Positions 62,828 to 64,000 of a stretch of DNA of 64,000 bases are shown here, piece by piece. The position numbers and the translations under genes are program-made. The number at the start of each line of letters is the position of its first letter. Positions within the stretch are counted from its first letter, which is position 1. The notes beneath the pieces are model-generated. The model made no database searches. It had not been told where the DNA came from and saw only the letters and a program-made list of their open reading frames with translations. Source of the stretch: Leucoraja erinacea (lineage: Eukaryota); the NCBI RefSeq assembly GCF_028641065.1, contig NC_073380.1, positions 91,574,001-91,638,000 of the forward strand, written 5' to 3'.

Positions 62828-63031
62828 GCCTCAGCGCAGAGGGAGAAGAGGAGGGAAGAGACTGCAGACCCAAGACTTTTGCCTCCATCACAGTGAGGGG
62901 ATGTTGGTGGCCTCACAGTGGTGGATGTTAATATGTGTTTATTGTTGTTTTTTATTATATGTATGACTGCTTAACTTTCGTTCAGACTTCGGTCTGAATG
63001 ACAAATAAAAGGCTATTCTATTCTATTCTAT
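62828..63031 (+). mobile_element. 3' part of a non-autonomous retroelement related to 41376-42125, with (ATTCT)n tail
   Basis: Shares gcgcagagggaga, ttttgcc..cacagtgagg and gtatgactgc..ttcgttcagac..gtctgaatgac with 41895-42100. Confidence 0.8.
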
Positions 63032-63812
63032 CTTGCATCAGCACTAAGAGGGACGAGGAAGGTATGTGACTATATAGCTGGACGGGGGTAGGGACAGGGT
63101 GGGTGGGATGGAGGCTGCTAGATGATAGGTGGAACTAGATGGGAAGGCGATGATGGGCAGATGAATGCAGTGGTGGGGGGGAAGTAATGGAACGGGAAAG
63201 ATGAATAACAGGAGAAGGCGACTTGGGTGAATTTGGGTGGCAGGAGAAAATCGGGGCGTGGTGGGGAGGAATGTAGGTTACCAGGATTTCAAACAGAATT
63301 GTCGACTTAAATCTTTTGCCTCATAAATGGTTCCTGACCTGCTTAGTTTTTCCAACATTATGCATTTTGTTCCTCACTCCATTCTTGGTTTGATTGAAGC
63401 CACCAGCAGCTTGTTCGGCCCTGTACGGAGGGGCAGTGGTGGTACAAACGGGAAGCATATATTTCCAACTCCTGTACTAGAAAAGCTGTCCTCTGCTGAG
63501 AGGAAACCAATGGGTAGCCCAGAAAATGGTGAGTAAACATTTTTCATAGAATGCAGTGGGTTTAAGCAAACACATTTACCTTTCTGCATGCGTGTTTTTA
63601 AATCCTTTCTTTTTTTTTTTAATTTTAAAATGTTAATTGTTTTAAATATTTTAAATACTTTCCAGGTGCTTTTGAAGGTTTTTTCACCAACATTCTGTTT
63701 TGGTGATGGCCTTGCCACCTCCAGCTTCACCAGCCGTCAACGCCTGCCCAGTAGATCAACCAATCTCTTGTGTTGAGACAGGCCCTACAGCGCACAATGC
63801 TAGAGTAGGCAG

Positions 63813-63983
63813 TGTTTAAGAGGGAACTGCAGATGCTGGAGAATCGAAGGTTACACAAAAAAGCTGGAGAAACTCAGCGGGTGCAGCAGCATCTATGGAG
63901 CGAAGGAAATAGGCAACGTTTCGGGCCGAAACGTTGCCTATTTCCTTCGCTCCATAGATGCTGCTGCACCCGCTGAGTTTCTC
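63813..63983. mobile_element. Young palindromic Penelope-derived insertion with 16-bp TSD
   Basis: TSD ATGCTAGAGTAGGCAG at 63797-63812 and 63984-63999; perfect 58-bp arms 63867-63924 and 63926-63983. Confidence 0.9.
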
Positions 63984-64000
63984 ATGCTAGAGTAGGCAGG

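Noticed and set aside
63327-63536. Possible exon ending at a G|GTGAGT donor near 63528
   Set aside because: No recognisable protein, no convincing acceptor, and the ORF start lies in a pLTR remnant.

Overview
Eukaryotic, repeat-rich non-coding DNA, inferred to be a cartilaginous fish (ray/skate-like) because of abundant HER1/CR1-type LINE 3' ends, HE1/V-SINE-like tRNA SINEs and old Deu-domain SINEs. I found no supportable host protein-coding gene. The ORFs with recognisable homology are retroelement fragments (CR1 RT, Rex1/Babar RT, L1 ORF2 C-terminus, Penelope RT/GIY-YIG); the rest look spurious. Between the repeats lie repeat-free blocks resembling conserved non-coding elements, so this may be a gene desert or large intron. 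Highlights: (1) a 136-bp TSD-flanked retro-insert (45384-45519, minus) whose 5' end is a complete 54-nt HDV/CPEB3-like ribozyme fold, with the predicted cleavage site at the element boundary; (2) many short, often palindromic Penelope-derived elements carrying minimal hammerhead ribozyme motifs; (3) a diverged inverted pair of ~220-bp elements 5 kb apart; (4) a TA-flanked DNA transposon carrying a tRNA-Met-like head and a long hairpin; (5) a Ceph-domain/RTE-derived element, a Helitron, Harbinger-type MITEs and nested insertions. Family names come from recalled motifs, not database searches. Ends of degenerate repeats are approximate. There are two assembly gaps (23161-23381, 38299-38427).
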